Below are positions 51,233-64,000 of a stretch of DNA of 64,000 nt, piece by piece. The translations under genes and the position numbers were made by a program. Source of the stretch: Raillietiella orientalis (lineage: Eukaryota); assembly GCA_036172245.1 (NCBI GenBank), contig JAYWIR010000009.1:3410001-3474000 (forward strand). The letters are read 5' to 3'. The notes beneath the pieces are model-generated. The model saw only the letters and a list, made by a program, of their open reading frames with translations. It did no database searches and had not been told where the DNA came from. Every line of letters begins with the position of its first letter. Position 1 is the first letter of the stretch.

Positions 51233-52374
51233 GCACGCACGCTGGCGGCGCGAGCTCGGGACTCCCCCCGCATCCCTTACCGGGAAGTACCCGTCCGCTC
51301 GCACGGCGAACCGAGTGGCGGAATCTTCGTCGGGAAAATTCCGGGACGCCCGAACGTCCACGAGCGGTATCCCGTGGACGTCCGGGTTTGCTCGTTCGTC
51401 GGGTACCAGCGCGATCCACGCGGACGAGCGCCTGCAGAGCGGCGCCTTTCCGCACCCACAGAGCGCGGTCGCAAGCACCCCGCAAAGGCAGCCCGAGTCG
51501 CCCATGGGCCACGCAGCCACGGCCGACTCCGGAGGGTTTGGCAGGAGGAGGGGAGGGCTCACCCGCCCAGCACCATCTCGCGACGCCGCCGCAAATCACG
51601 GCAGGTCCCTCTCTTCTGCACACGCCTTCCTCCCGTTTTCCACACATTCCGTCAACATCAAAAGGCGCTAAGCAACAAAGATGTGGCCCATCTTGCGCAG
51701 CCTCCCAAGGAGCTCCGTATCCTCCGGAGTAAGTCAGAACTCATGCCACTGACGGAGTCTCGTTTCCCTGGGAGACAAATCGAAGGGAAGAATGGAACTG
51801 ATTTTTTTTTTTTTTTCCGGCGTGATTCAGCACATCTCGAAAGATCATTTGCAGGAGCAACTGAGACTGCAACTTTCTTCTTCTTCTTTCTTCCCTCCTT
51901 AAGTATTTTGTGTTCCTTTGTGGTAATTGGGAAGATGCCTTTGTCACAGATCTGCTTAGGTGCTGGAAACGCGCCTGTGGAACTCATCACGTGCCCGGAG
52001 ATCTTCCCTGCACCACAATGGAGCTCGCCACCAACTCGATCCTTCCCTCTCCCTCCTCCATGCCAATGGCTGTTTACTTGAATCAAGCCAGTCTCTCTTT
52101 TCTCTCTTTGGAGGGGCTGAACCATGCCGTCTGCGATTCTGCTCAGCACGACTTCGTGCCCGAAGGAGGCGCTCTGATTAGGCGACGCAGATGTCGCTCG
52201 CGACAGCGTCTTCGTTGACCCCTCGCGTCTTCTCCAGCTCGCGAACTTCAGCAGGCAGCGGCGCGCAGGCACCTTTCGTCGTCATGCTCACCTTTCGTCC
52301 TCCATTCGTAGACGGGCTCCTTCCCTCTCTTGGACCGAGGGGGGCCTACTGAGACAGGAGCACCGCCGTCCCAT

Positions 52375-52580
52375 TTTCCTTACTCCCTCTCCCTCTTCCT
52401 CTCCATCTCTCCTCCTCTTCCTCCTTCTCCTCTTACTCTCTTCCTTTTTCTCCCTCTTCCTCCTCCCCCTTCTCTCTTTTCCTCCATTCTTCCTCCCTTC
52501 CATTTCCTCCTCTCCTCCACTTCCTTCCTTCCTTCTCTCTTTTTTCTCTTTTTCCTCTCTTCCTCCCTTTCTCCTACCCC
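52375..52580. repeat. CT-rich low-complexity polypyrimidine/polypurine tract
   Basis: About 200 nt consisting almost only of C and T on the + strand. Confidence 0.9.
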
Positions 52581-53656
52581 GTGTCCTGGGCACTTCCGGG
52601 CGAGCAGATCTGTGAATGCGCGCGCAGTCCCCGAGGATGGGCTCAACCGCAGTCGTTTGGACGGCGGAACTGCCCTGCCGAATGGGCAGTAAAGGAATGC
52701 GAAGGCACTCCTAATGGGATATTCTGAAGGGAATCATTTTGTCTGGGATGGAGCCGGGAACCACTCTCCATGGATGATGCGTCCACTGCTTATCAGTAGC
52801 CAACGGATAGCCCGATCCAATAAAATGGCGCGCTCTTATGCTCGTCTGGACGGTGTCTCCTTGGCGCGGGGACGGCGGGAGCTGTGGAAGAGGCGGGAAA
52901 TCCGACGCCCCCGGCCTCGGCGGGAGAGCGCCGCCCTGCGTCTGGCCGAGAAACAACGGAGCTGCACGGCAAACTCGCCGCCTGCCCCCTCCACCCCCAC
53001 TCTCCGCCCCTACCGAGCCGCGCGACCGGGGAGCGAAGGAGAAAGGAAAGGGCAGTGCACGGGATGGGGAGGCTTCTATGGAGGAGGAGTATAAAGTCCC
53101 GAATGGAGTGCCCGGGGGTGCTTCGTGTGGGAGGAAATTTTGGTGGCTCTCGGCTGAGGGTCGGGGAAGAAGCGGCGCACGAGACACGCTCTGCCTTCGT
53201 AGCCCAAGCACCATGATGTGGTCGAGCCCTCGACGATCGCCACAGGCGATTTCCGCGGCGCCCTCCGACGCGGCTGGCGCCCTCCCTGGCAGGGTAGGCA
53301 GCCCTGTGGTAAGACAACCCCCAGGTCACTGGGTTGGGACGCTTCCTTGGGCGAGGCAGAGAGATTCTCCCACCTGCCACGGCGGTCACGGCAAAGCGCA
53401 CCGGCGACTCGAGGAAGCCGCTGACCTCCCCCCGCCGAAGGGAGCGGTGAGCTGCTTCCCCGGCAGCGGGGAAGAAAGGGACGGTTGCGCGGGAACCGGG
53501 CCTCCAATGGCTCCCGGTCAGGGTCAGGGGGGAGAAAAGGAGCACCCGCTCGCGGGTTCCTATCCCGAGAGGCTGGGCACATGACGGAAGGGACTCAAGA
53601 GACTTCCGGCACGGGCTCCTCCCCGTCGCCCTGGTTACAGAGCGCTCTCCTCGCCC

Positions 53657-56034
53657 TCTTGCTGCGGAGTCGCCCTTCCTTCCACTCCAAGCGCCGCCGT
53701 GACCTCCGCACCGAGGGAGGCTGGCGGGACGGCCACTGCCGAACAGGGGACGCCGCTGACCCCCGAGCTCGCTCGCTCGACCCTGCCTCCCAAGGTCGCA
53801 CCCCCCATCCACTCCATCCCCAGGGCGCGTCTTCCGCTGGTGCTGCCCCAGCATGACCCTGTGGAGAGCAGGAGGCCCCTGCTAACAGGGAGCGCCTCTC
53901 TTCCCGGACTTCCTGTTCCACGGCGACGGCACTGCTGCGGGTCGGGGGGAGTGATCCCACCGTTCCGCGTGCCGGCAGGCAGATCGTCCTCTCGCGGCCA
54001 GATACGGCTGGAGGGGTCGCGTCGTGCGAAACGGTGGCGGTCCCTCCTTCCTCCCCATCCACGCCTCCTTCTACGTACTTCCGGACTAGTTCGGAGGGGG
54101 AAGGGGACAACGACCAGCTGGGAGGGCCAGACGCCGGTTGAAGGGCTAGCTGATAGGCTGACCCGAGGACCGCGCACTGGCACTTCTCCACGCTTCTCCT
54201 CTCTCCGGTGGCAACAAGGACTGGGGTCTCCACGCAGCGACAACGGAGGGCAGTGGCGCCAGCGCGCTCCTGGCGCGGCCGGCGAGCCCCCTGGCAGGGC
54301 AGGCAGTCCTGCGGAAGACACCTCTAGGCTGCAGTGGCGCCGTCTCGGCAAGAGTCAAAGCCGTTGACTGCCCGCGCGCGGTCCTCAGGTCGGTCTGGTC
54401 CGCTCGCCCTTCCGCCGACCTCCCGGAGCCGCTTCGCAGCCCTCCAAGAACCTCGGGCATCGGTCACGCGCGTGCACCTCCTCCGCATGAGTGGGCGGCG
54501 TCCTCGGGCGGGTCTACGTGCGCTGCGGCGGACGACTTCCCGACTGGCGTTTGCGTCCCTCACCTACCTTGGATCGTGGGTCGGCGGGGACACTCCGTCG
54601 CGCCCTACTCCCTTTTCCTCTCTTCCCCCTCCCCCCTCCCCTCCCGAAGGGCGAGGTAGTGGCTCCGATGGAGATTGGTGGGGCCCTTCGCCCTCTTCAG
54701 AGATTGGGGTTCCCTGCGCTGATGACTAGGGCGGCGATCTTTCTCGGTAGCCAAAGTGGGGGGGGGGGGGCAGTGGGGAGGAACGCTGCCTGCGCTACGG
54801 GGTGGTGGACCTTTTCTCTCGCGTTTCGCGCCGGAAGGAAAAGGGGGCGATCGCACGTCCCCTCGCCACGTGCGGGGAAAGGGCGGGACATCCGTTGGGG
54901 GTTCGGGGCGCACTCCAGCAGAGGACGGGAGATACCGTGGGTTCCCTCGGCTGCCGGGAATCTCGCTGAGGAAGATTCTCGTCTCCCCTCTCTCCTTGCC
55001 CTCACCTGATCCACTCCCTCCCCCTTCCTCCTTTCCGGGCGTCTGCAGGCGTGCGGGGACGGCAGGGAGGGGGGAACGCAGCCGGCCACGGCCCGGCCTG
55101 CTCCCTGCCGCCACCTTCCTCATTTTCCCTCCCCGGCCGTTAATTCGGGAGCGTCCGCTTCCTCCGCGCGGTCATTCGTTTCGCTCGCCGGCGACAAGGA
55201 CATCTTGGAGCCATTCTCGCTAATTTATGCTCCAGACTCTCCGGGCTGTAGGGCTGGTCGGCAGGAACCGCGTCGCGCAGCCGATTCCTGCGCAATAAAT
55301 CTCAGGGAACACTCGGAAAAGAACCGGGAAAAATGCCCCCCTCCCTCTTCTTCCTCCCTTTTCCGCTCTCCGTCCCTTTTGCGGGGAGGGAGAGCGAAGG
55401 GAGCGAAAGCGCGTTTGCATCCCGCCGGGCAGACAGACCGCTCGAGGAAAGCTGCCAGGCAGGCAACAGGTTGAGCCGGCAGGGATTGCCGCTGACGGCC
55501 CGTTCGATCCCCGGACGGAATGCCTTCTGCCCAGCAGCGCATCCCCGCTCTGGGAGTGCCTCTCGAGACGCAGCGCTCCCCCTTTGCCTCCAAGAGGTCA
55601 CGTGTCCTGCGGAGAAACGCGGGTGGAAGGGGGAGAGAGAAGGGTGAGCTCGGACCGCAGGCGCCGAAGGGAGCTTCCGCTTCCGAACGGGGCGGGAAGG
55701 TCTTCCAGGGACGGCGGGAGCGAAGGAGCGGGAAGGAATCCATGCTTCCGGTGGGTGGTTGCCGACGCATACGCTGGAGCGGGGTTCCCTAGAGCACGCC
55801 AGGCGGCCTTGCAAGCTTCCGCGAGCGCGTCCTGGGAGAGATCCGTGTCCCCGGTAACCCTGAAACTGCGCGGCGGACACTCCGCCTCCGACCTTTCCAA
55901 GGACTGCAAGGCGTTGGAGACGTCTTGCTGCGGAGTCGCCCTTCCTTCCACCTTAAGCGCCGCCATGACCTCCTCTGCGCCGAGGGAGGCTGGCAAGACG
56001 GCCGCTCCCGGACAGGGGACGCCACTGCCCCCCG
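53657..56034 (-). repeat. Dispersed ~110-bp direct repeat (53657-53766 and 55923-56034), probably retroelement ORF1-type remnants
   Basis: Shared TCTTGCTGCGGAGTCGCCCTTCCTTCCAC...GAGGGAGGCTGGC...ACAGGGGACGCC. Minus-strand peptides PASLGAEVTAALGVEGRATPQQ and PASLGAEEVMAALKVEGRATPQQ. Confidence 0.7.
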
Positions 56035-57849
56035 GGGGGAGGGAAAGTGCGGGAGGTGGCCCTTGGTTCCCGGGGACGGTTCCCCTCTGGCCGCAGCCTG
56101 GAGCGCCCATCCGATCTCACTTCGCGAGAGATCGAGCATCGAAGACGAGCACGTCCCTGGTGGCTATGGGCCAGAGTTGGGGCGAACGGGGGGGGACAGG
56201 AGGAAGCAGATTCGTCAGCAGCGCTCCTCCGAGGGAAGATCCTGTTTCCCTATTCCTTCTCCTCTCTCCTTCAGCATCTGCATCGGCGCGCACCGGTGCA
56301 GAGGGAAACCCCCAAGGAGGGGGTCCCCCCATCCCAAGAAGGGGGGCAGAGGGACCCCACAACAGGCCCTACGTGGGTCTGCGCTCCCCTCACTTGGACT
56401 CGAGCGTTCCCCACCCGATCACCCGAATCGCCTTTCCCCATTTGACCACTGTCTACGCCGGAATACCTAATTCCTTTCTTCAAAACAGCAGCTCATGTCC
56501 TCGCAGCATCCACGTATGAAAATCTACTGTTTCCGTTGCAATCATGGGGTTGAACTGCATTGGCTCAACCCTTAAGTTCGGCCGCAGCTGCTGCTGGCAC
56601 GTCGTCGGCGAAATTTCCCGGCAGACTCAAATCATTTCCGTGTTCGAAATCGAATGCCGGAAAGAAAAAAACGAAAAAACACGCACACAAAAAAAGAGGA
56701 AACAAAACAACACAAAAACGACAGACGCCTTCTCCTCGATGCCACCCAAGCCTACGACAAACACGTAACAATGCCCGCAGAAAATCGGATTGTTGCTAGG
56801 AGACCCCGGCAGACTGCGACCCCGAATTTCGCGCCCGCACTTTCAGTGCGTTCGTCAGCCCAGCCGAATTGGAGATGTTTTTAAAAAGAGAGAGCGGAGA
56901 GAATGAGCCAGATGCTTCCTTCCGTCTTCCCCTTGAATTTATGTGTAGAGAGGAAAACAAACAAACAAAACGTACAAAAACGGAATCCCAGTTGTCGAAT
57001 AAATCATGTTCTGGAGTGGTATCCCGTTTTTGTCGTCCATGTCACAATTTCCACTCCCAAGTCCTACGAGTTTCAACTCGCATCACAAACGTACGGGGCA
57101 GTTGGCGTCTACCGAGCAAATGCATCCGCCTTGCCCATCCCCGCCAGTGATTCTAATCAGCTGCAGATTCTTCGCCCTTTGTCTTCGAATCTTACCACCA
57201 TGTCGAGCATTACGTACTCATTGATGTTCTGAGCGTATGCGGTAACCACACGCGATGTACCTTCGTACCTTCTTTTGTACCTTTTCGACACTGTTGCAGA
57301 CACACGCAATCATATATTTATGCTGTCGGTAATATAAATCTATTCAATGGTCGAAGATGGTCGTCAACCCTTTGAGTGCTATGGAGGACGTATTTACTTA
57401 CTAAGTACCTTGCTAAGTGTACTCGTCGTCTTCTTTATCAAAACCAAGCTTACCGTATTGTAAAACAAAGTGACCGCGAACCGTATGATAGTATACATAA
57501 ACTTTCTATGCAAGTAATGGTCGAGTCTCTTGGAGCATGAGTTGCGAATATCGACCAGTGCAATAACTCTTAGTTCCTTATTTTGGGAATATGTACATTC
57601 ATCGCATCTCCATTTGGTATACAAACCCTGAACTTGTTTTTATTAGAGGGTTTTTCCTTTCGCGATAGTTTCATCTATGCGCCTGCTTGCCTTGTACTTG
57701 TACTCGCGACGTACGTTAGCACTACCCATGTTTGAGGTGGGCGCATACACTCGCGTGCTTACAATTGCCTTAGCAACGGCAACAAACGAAATTCTATTTA
57801 TATCGCCTGGCGATTCTCGGTTTCCCAGAGCGTCACCTCTCTGAGAAAC

Positions 57850-58620
57850 TGAATATGGCGCGTTGCGACTGCGCGATGCGACTGTTTCCCCTCACCAGGA
57901 AGATGATGGGAAGATTTACCCACAAGTACCGAGAACTCTGGACAAATCAGGAATCCAACTGCTGGCGCCTGATCACCAGGGGAAACATCCGAGTAGCAGT
58001 GAAGAAGAATCCAGACGAGGACGACGCTTTGTGTAAGGCCGCCAGCCTCCAGGTGAAGCTGCTGGCGGTGGGAACCACGGTCTGGACAAGCGACTTACCA
58101 CCACCCGGCACTCAGGGATGACCTCCTGATGTTTTATCACGGAGGCATCCTGAGCGGCACGAGGACCAAGCACTGGTCAGGGAACGTTCCAGACGAGATG
58201 TGCAAGGCCTGTGGAGTCAGGGAAACCCAACTTCACGTACTCACCTGCCCTACGGTGTGCCCCGACTGGGCCAAGCTAAAGGAGGTGACCGACCTACAGA
58301 CGATGAAGAAGGTGGACATTATGGCAAGGATGTTTGAAGGGAACGGTAACCTTCCCCGTTATATCCCGATGGTTCGCACCTCCATCGCCCTCTTTATCAC
58401 GGCGTCGTGATGGGAAGGGCGAAAATGCGGACTGGAAGGAACAGCACGCCGGTTATGGATGCCTATTGAAAAAGGAAATTGGGATCAGGAGCTGTGGACG
58501 TATCCCCACTTGGGACTTACTGTTATATCCTGCAAAGGATTCAGGAGTGAGTGAAAAGTGAGTGAAATCCACAGACGAAGTCAGTGACCAGTTGCCCGAA
58601 GAATAACCCAGATAATGGCA
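57850..58620 (+). mobile_element. 3' fragment of a second, distinct L1/Tx1-type element
   Basis: FYHGGILSGTRTKHWSGNVPDEMCKACGVRETQLHVLTCPTVCPDW is a zf-RVT-like CxxC..ETxxH..C motif. GC is lower than in the main family and the family's 3' hairpin module is absent. Confidence 0.7.
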
Positions 58621-59588
58621 CGGTGTTATAGCTGGGTTGCATATTATAATATGTATATATTTTTCAAGAACAGAAATTTTTCATTTCGTCATTAGAATAC
58701 AAGTTTCCCTTGGCTAAGGGCATCTTCATGGATTGTAGAAAATTATGATTATGGTACACACAATTAGGGCAAATTCTTTGGCAAGGAAAACATTAGGGAA
58801 ATTGAGACGCAATGTGTTGCGAAACTGCACTCAGTTTTCGTTCAAAGTGATACGTCTACTTCGAACACACTGCCAAGCACTGAGGCAATCTTACATTGTG
58901 CCACACCCAAATGAATTACTGATTTCCTTGGAATTGTAAATTTTTAAACAAATCACATGTGTTCGGAGGAAACATGAAAATGTGGCGTACTGAACAGCTA
59001 TTGAATCAGCGCTTTATGTAGTCTGTCGGTACGTCGACGGGACACGCGGTACGCGAACAGAGCGTTCCGTCCAACTGCGACTCGCGTGCCACCGACGCAG
59101 AGCTTTGAAATCTGAGCCCTGATGGTCAACATAATATACTCACGTTACCCAGTATGCATTTCTCTTTGCTTTTCTTTTTTTTTCGCAACTGACTTGAATT
59201 AAATACTCAGATGACCTTATGTGTATGGAGTCACTACAAAAAAAATACAAAACAATACTTATCGTTTGCTTCTTAGAATCAGGTCGAACCGCTGTTTTTC
59301 GAAAATAGGGAAAGGGTTTGTTAAGTGCTCTGCAGAGAGCTTCATCGCCAAAGTTGGCAAGTTTAACAAACCCAACTGGAAACGGAAAGTTGCCCTTGTG
59401 CCAAGATGATGCGGGCTTGAGGACGGTCACGGCCTCGACCTGCCAACGCTGCCTGCACTACAAGTAGCGCGTCTTTCGTGACTTCAAGGGTTTCTTCGAT
59501 GACGGGGTCCTCGTCGCTGAGGCTTTGGAGCATCTCCACCGCTCCGCGCGTCCCCGAGCTCACGGAGGGGAAGGGGTGGGGGAGGGTC

Positions 59589-61641
59589 GGGCCCGCAATG
59601 GTCCTGAGCGTCCCTTGACCTTCGCGTCCCCAGTAGGGCCACGTCCATGCCTCCTCGATCCGGGAGGCGGCTGCACACCCGTCCTTCCGGCTGGGCGCTT
59701 GCTGCTACGTCGCTGTCGCCGGAACGGACTCACGTTCTCTCAGGCTAGAACCAGGATGGGCATTTCCCTCGACCCTCATGCCCCACGCAATGTCCAAGAA
59801 CTTTGCGGAGGCTTGCGTCGTCCCCAGCACGGGGGACTTTAAGGGTTTCGCCGTTTCCCTTCAGGCGCTCTGTTCCCTGACTCGCACTCTCGAAGCCGCG
59901 TAGACGAACTGCCCCTTTACGAGGCGTCCCGTCAGCGGCTTCTGCCACGTGGATGTGCCTGTGGGCGTCGCTCCTCTACTTTCCTCGAGTCAATTCCATC
60001 TTTTCCACCCCCGTTCCCCATGCCCCTACGCTTCCAGCGCCATTCTTCATGCCTTGAGACTGCCTCCTTCCTGGGCAGAAAAAGCCGGGGAGGAACAGGG
60101 AAGGTGACAGGAACGGGTGCTTCGGGGGCCTGGGTCTCCGACGTGGTGGTACTTTTGCGCATTTTCTCTTCTTCTTGACATCCCCTCGTGATGCTTCAGG
60201 AATTCTTCCGCAGAGGACTCCTTTGACTTTTGGAAAGCGGAGGAGACAATCATGAGAGCAAACTCGTGGGTGAGAGGAAAGGCTGAATCATCAGCCGGTG
60301 AAGCCTCGCAGCTGCTTCGGTTGCCAAGCAGTGAGCCTTTCGCGGCAGTTTACAGGTTGCCGGGGCAGGAGGCAACAATGGCGGGCGCGTTCCGGCGCCA
60401 GGATACGCATCCAACAGTTTTGAACACCTCATCTCCTTGTCGCAGCGGCACTGCTGTGGCCGCAACAATGAGGCCCTGCTTCGCTTGCGTGCACATCCTA
60501 AGATGCCGTGGACGTGGAGGCGCAGACGTCGGAGCTACCCCCTGGGGATCGCTCCGGCGTCAGATCGAATGGCGTCTCCAGGAAACTCCGGAGGCGAGGA
60601 CGACGGCCGCGCCTTCTCTTCGAGAATTTCCGGCCGCAAAGCGAGCCTGGGGAGAGAGGGGTCGCGTGGGAGGGACAGGGCGTCTCGGGAGGGCCGGGGG
60701 GCTGCCTTCCTTCCCTCTCGCGACCCTGGCTTGTACCTGCCTTTGACCTGGAGACGCTCCGAGGGTTCGGAACGCTCTGCGGACCTTTCCAGAGTCTACG
60801 GAAAGGCAGGAGTTTCCTCAAGAGAATCTCGAGTGCCATTCTTCCCTCCTTCTCCTTCCCTCTCCTCCTTCTCCTTCCCCCTCCTCCTTGACCCTTCCCC
60901 CTTCCGGTGATCTGTTTCTCTTGAGCTCCAGAAGCCGGAAGCTTTCCCAATCCGTGGCCCTCGAGTCGAGGGGCTCATCCGCCATTCCCTCCTTCCCATT
61001 CTCGTCCGGAGACGCTCTGCCCTGGAAGTCCTCGCCTTCCTCCTCCTCCGGTTTCGCATCTCTCAGCAACAGCCGCGGGATGCATCTTCCTGGAAGCTGG
61101 AGCGGAGGAGGGGAGGAAGTGACCGTCAGAAACAGACTGGGAGTGGGTTGCCCTCTCCCTCGGAAGGGCTGAGGTCTACGAGAGTCTTCCTGACGTTTGC
61201 CGCGGCCGTAAGGAGCGAGCTCCCTACTAGATCGCCTGTTATGTTGCCGACTATTTATCGAAAATAAATAAACCGAAATTTATGGACCTGCGTGAAGGTC
61301 TGATATGCGACGGCCGAAACGGAAAGCAGCGACCCCGCTGAGGAGGGAAGAGGGGGGGGAAGGAGGGTAGGGAGGGAGGGAAGCGCGAAATCTGGCAGGT
61401 GAACCAAGAAATTTGGGTAACGGGAGGCGTACGGGCCCCACGACGATGACCACGACGAACCAGGGCGCCTGCATCCTGAGGGCCTGAGTGGGACAGGGGA
61501 GGAATGGAAAGAGAGGGGCTTCCGGGCCTGCAATGGTTTTGAGCGTCCCTTGACCTTCGCTTCCCTGTTGGGGCCACGTCGATGCCCCCTCGATCCGGGA
61601 GACGGCTGCACACTCGTCCTTCCGGCTGGGTGCTTGCCACT
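59589..61641 (-). repeat. Dispersed ~115-bp direct repeat (59589-59706 and 61524-61641)
   Basis: Shared GCAATGGT..TGAGCGTCCCTTGACCTTCGC..GGGCCACGTC.ATGCC.CCTCGATCCGGGAG.CGGCTGCACAC.CGTCCTTCCGGCTGGG. Confidence 0.75.
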
Positions 61642-62899
61642 GTTTGCACCTGGAAGAGGACCGGCAATGGGGCGGCCATCTTTGGTTCTGGAGACGGAAA
61701 TTGCTTCAGGCAGGGGTCCTGCAGGACAGGGTCGGTGAGGGGGGGACGTAGAGGGGTCTTCTGTCGCTGACGCAGTCTCTCGAGCGCCCCCCCTCCCCTT
61801 CCCAAAGTCCTTGCTGTATAACCTAAGCTGTCCCGCGGTGGGTGCACCTATTGGGCGTGGGAGTCTCCCTGCCGTAATGTGGTGGCGTTGTCCACCCCGG
61901 CAGAGACCCTGGCTCCCAGTTCGCCAACAAGAAGGCGGTCGGGTGGCGACGCGGAGGAAGGGCAGAGGCGTCCGGAAAGTTTCCATGGGCAATACCGAGC
62001 CGTTCGACCCCCTTTGAGGGCTTTGGGAGAGGCCTTGGGGCTTGGTCTCGTGGGGCGTCTGGGCTTGGGGACCCTACGAACAGGCGGGGCTCACCACCTC
62101 CCACGCTGCAGCAACATTTATCACCTTCCGGTCCCACTGACCTGGAGGGGGGGGACGCGCGGTGTCCCGCATGTTCCGGGAGAGCTTTCCCGAGTCCCCG
62201 ATCCACGCTGTCGCGCGCCTTTCGGGGGCCGATGGGACTTTCGGACGCGTCCGCGCTGCAAGCTCTTTCCGTCCCATGCCCTTTGTGGGCTCTAGTGGTC
62301 CTGCTGCAGGCGAAAACCAAGTCCTCCACGAACAGGGGTCAGGTCTGCTGCTAGCTGACCTCGGAGCTCGCCACGTGCGCTCAGTCTCGGAAGTGGTTCC
62401 TATCAGACCCCGGTGATGGTCGGAGCTGCCTGTGCCCCCTTTCTCCAGGGGATTGACCCGCCAGGAGCCGGAGGCGACTCCCTGCATGTCTCCTGAGCTC
62501 GACACGACGAGTGCGGGTACTGCTGCGGAAAGGACATCCGTAAGGTTTTCCGGATCCCAGCAGACAACTCCGGGTACCTCCTCGTGCGGACCGCGCGTCG
62601 CTCCGGCGGCTGTCGCCCGGGACGGTGGCGGCCTCGGGTGTTGCCGGAAGAGGCCAGTGGCGCCATCTTCGTCGTTCTCTTGCCAACGAGATGGCCCCGC
62701 CTGGGAACCCTGTAGAAAACACCTGCCGGCACCCCTTGGAGGAATTTCTCTCCCCTCCAGCAGGACAGGGTCCTCCCTTGAGGTGCTAACGTTGCTTCGA
62801 ACCGCAAGTTTTCCGACGTCTTCCTATAGGACGCGGAAGTCCCTCCACTGCCTCCGTCCTCCTCCCTCCCGCACGAAGACATACGGCCCCGTCTGTTCT

Positions 62900-63405
62900 C
62901 GACCTACTGACTCACAAGCCTTGGCCTTTGTGGTCCCTGACCTCTTCTGCAGGCGCAACTGCACGTCTTCCTCTCCCGTTCCCCGCCCTCCCTTCGAGAC
63001 GCCCTGCAACCAGCCTTAGCCCTGGCAGCGCTCTGCTGCCTCCGGGGGATTGCAACAGAAGACGAGCCAACGATAGGGACACCCATCGGACACGCGGACC
63101 ACGATACCTGCGAATCGCGATCGGCTGGTCCCATCTGGGAGCTATGCAGAGGGACCTCGAGGGCATCCTGGAAAGGATGGTCTCTTCCTCCAGCGGACAG
63201 TGATCCCTTCCCAGCCCTCCAAAGTGTTTCTTTTTTTTTTGTTTCCTTTATTTTTCTTTTTGTTTTTTCCCCCATCCCCCTCCGCTGCCGAGGAGTGTCG
63301 AGACGGTCTGCGTGCCGGCTTCCCGGCAGGTCCCATGAACTATTGGCCGTAGCAGGCCTCAGATACACTGTGTTTAGAAATAAACGCCTTGGCGTGACCG
63401 GGTGA
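62900..63405 (+). mobile_element. Tx1-like 3' fragment with structured 3' UTR (another degenerate ORF2 end lies just upstream at ~62600-62770)
   Basis: Peptide WSHLGAMQRDLEGILERM*, then GTGATCCCTTCC, CTGCCGA...CCGGCAG and AATAAACGCCTTGGCGTGACCGGGTGA. Confidence 0.85.
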
Positions 63406-64000
63406 AGCGCCCTCCCTTCCGTGGGACTTCAGAGGATACCCGGCCCCCATCGTGATGCGTGCTCATCAAATTCAGGGGAGCGCCTCAGAGCCGCTGCGCG
63501 CAAAGCTCAGGAGACCGAGGTCTCACCGCTCAGCGATTCTGATCCACCTCCCTCCATTTATCTGTTGGCCTCGAGCTCTCCCCGCCTGCCTAGTGGATAG
63601 TCCCTCCTTCTATTGACAGATGACTCGTCCTTCTGGCCGCAAAATTTTTTTATTTTTTTTTCTTATTGATTGATTGATTTGAAATGGAGGCTCGGTACGT
63701 ATGGGACGAGCCGACGCGTGGATGTTCCTTGCAGTCGGTCCCGAAAACATGTCTGGAGCGCTCCTGGACTCCCCCTCTCTCGGCTTCGACCGATTTGCAG
63801 GAGGGAGGGGGAGGGGAGAAGGGACCGACAGGTGCCCTGCACTTCCCCCAGCTGATGGAACGAAAGGGCGGAGACGTGCCTCCCCGAATGGCTGCTGAGC
63901 CCTTCCTACATTCGTCTGCTCTCGTCCTTCCCAGGGACCTCTTCAAGCGAGTCCCGGGGAACCTTCCTTTCATCAAGACAAGCTGGCAGGAGCTGCTTTC

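Noticed and set aside
52288..52692. Glu/Arg/Lys-rich or Leu/Ser/Phe-rich ORFs
   Set aside because: Translation artefacts of the CT-rich low-complexity tract.
59140..59280. Possible isolated minus-strand exon in an AT-rich patch
   Set aside because: Acceptor-like and donor-like sites exist, but there is no recognisable protein or partner exon.
10860..64000. Hundreds of overlapping Arg/Pro/Gly/Ala-rich ORFs in the ORF track
   Set aside because: Expected from high GC (few stops) and from alternative frames of TE remnants; no domain motifs.

Overview
This is eukaryotic, probably protostome invertebrate, DNA; the species cannot be named from the sequence. The window has two compositional halves. 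The AT-rich first ~9 kb holds most of a minus-strand ZNF541/TRERF1-family gene (C2H2 fingers, ELM2, start of SANT) split by very short 41-53 nt GT-AG introns. From ~10 kb the DNA is mostly GC-rich and dominated by one family of L1/Tx1-clade non-LTR retrotransposons. These include one nearly full-length decayed copy (~24.6-33.2 kb) with two antisense relatives nested inside it, and many 3' fragments. The family has no poly(A) tail and ends in a conserved structured 3' module (CTGCCG...CGGCAG stem, then AATAAA plus a terminal hairpin); a 14-bp TSD fixes the end. A tRNA-headed repeat is joined in the same orientation to the Tx1 3' end in four places, suggesting a large bipartite non-autonomous partner element. 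There is also a 1,024-bp near-perfect inverted repeat and an intact intronless divergent ionotropic-receptor ORF. No CRISPR array, rRNA or intact tRNA gene was seen. All alignments were made by eye.
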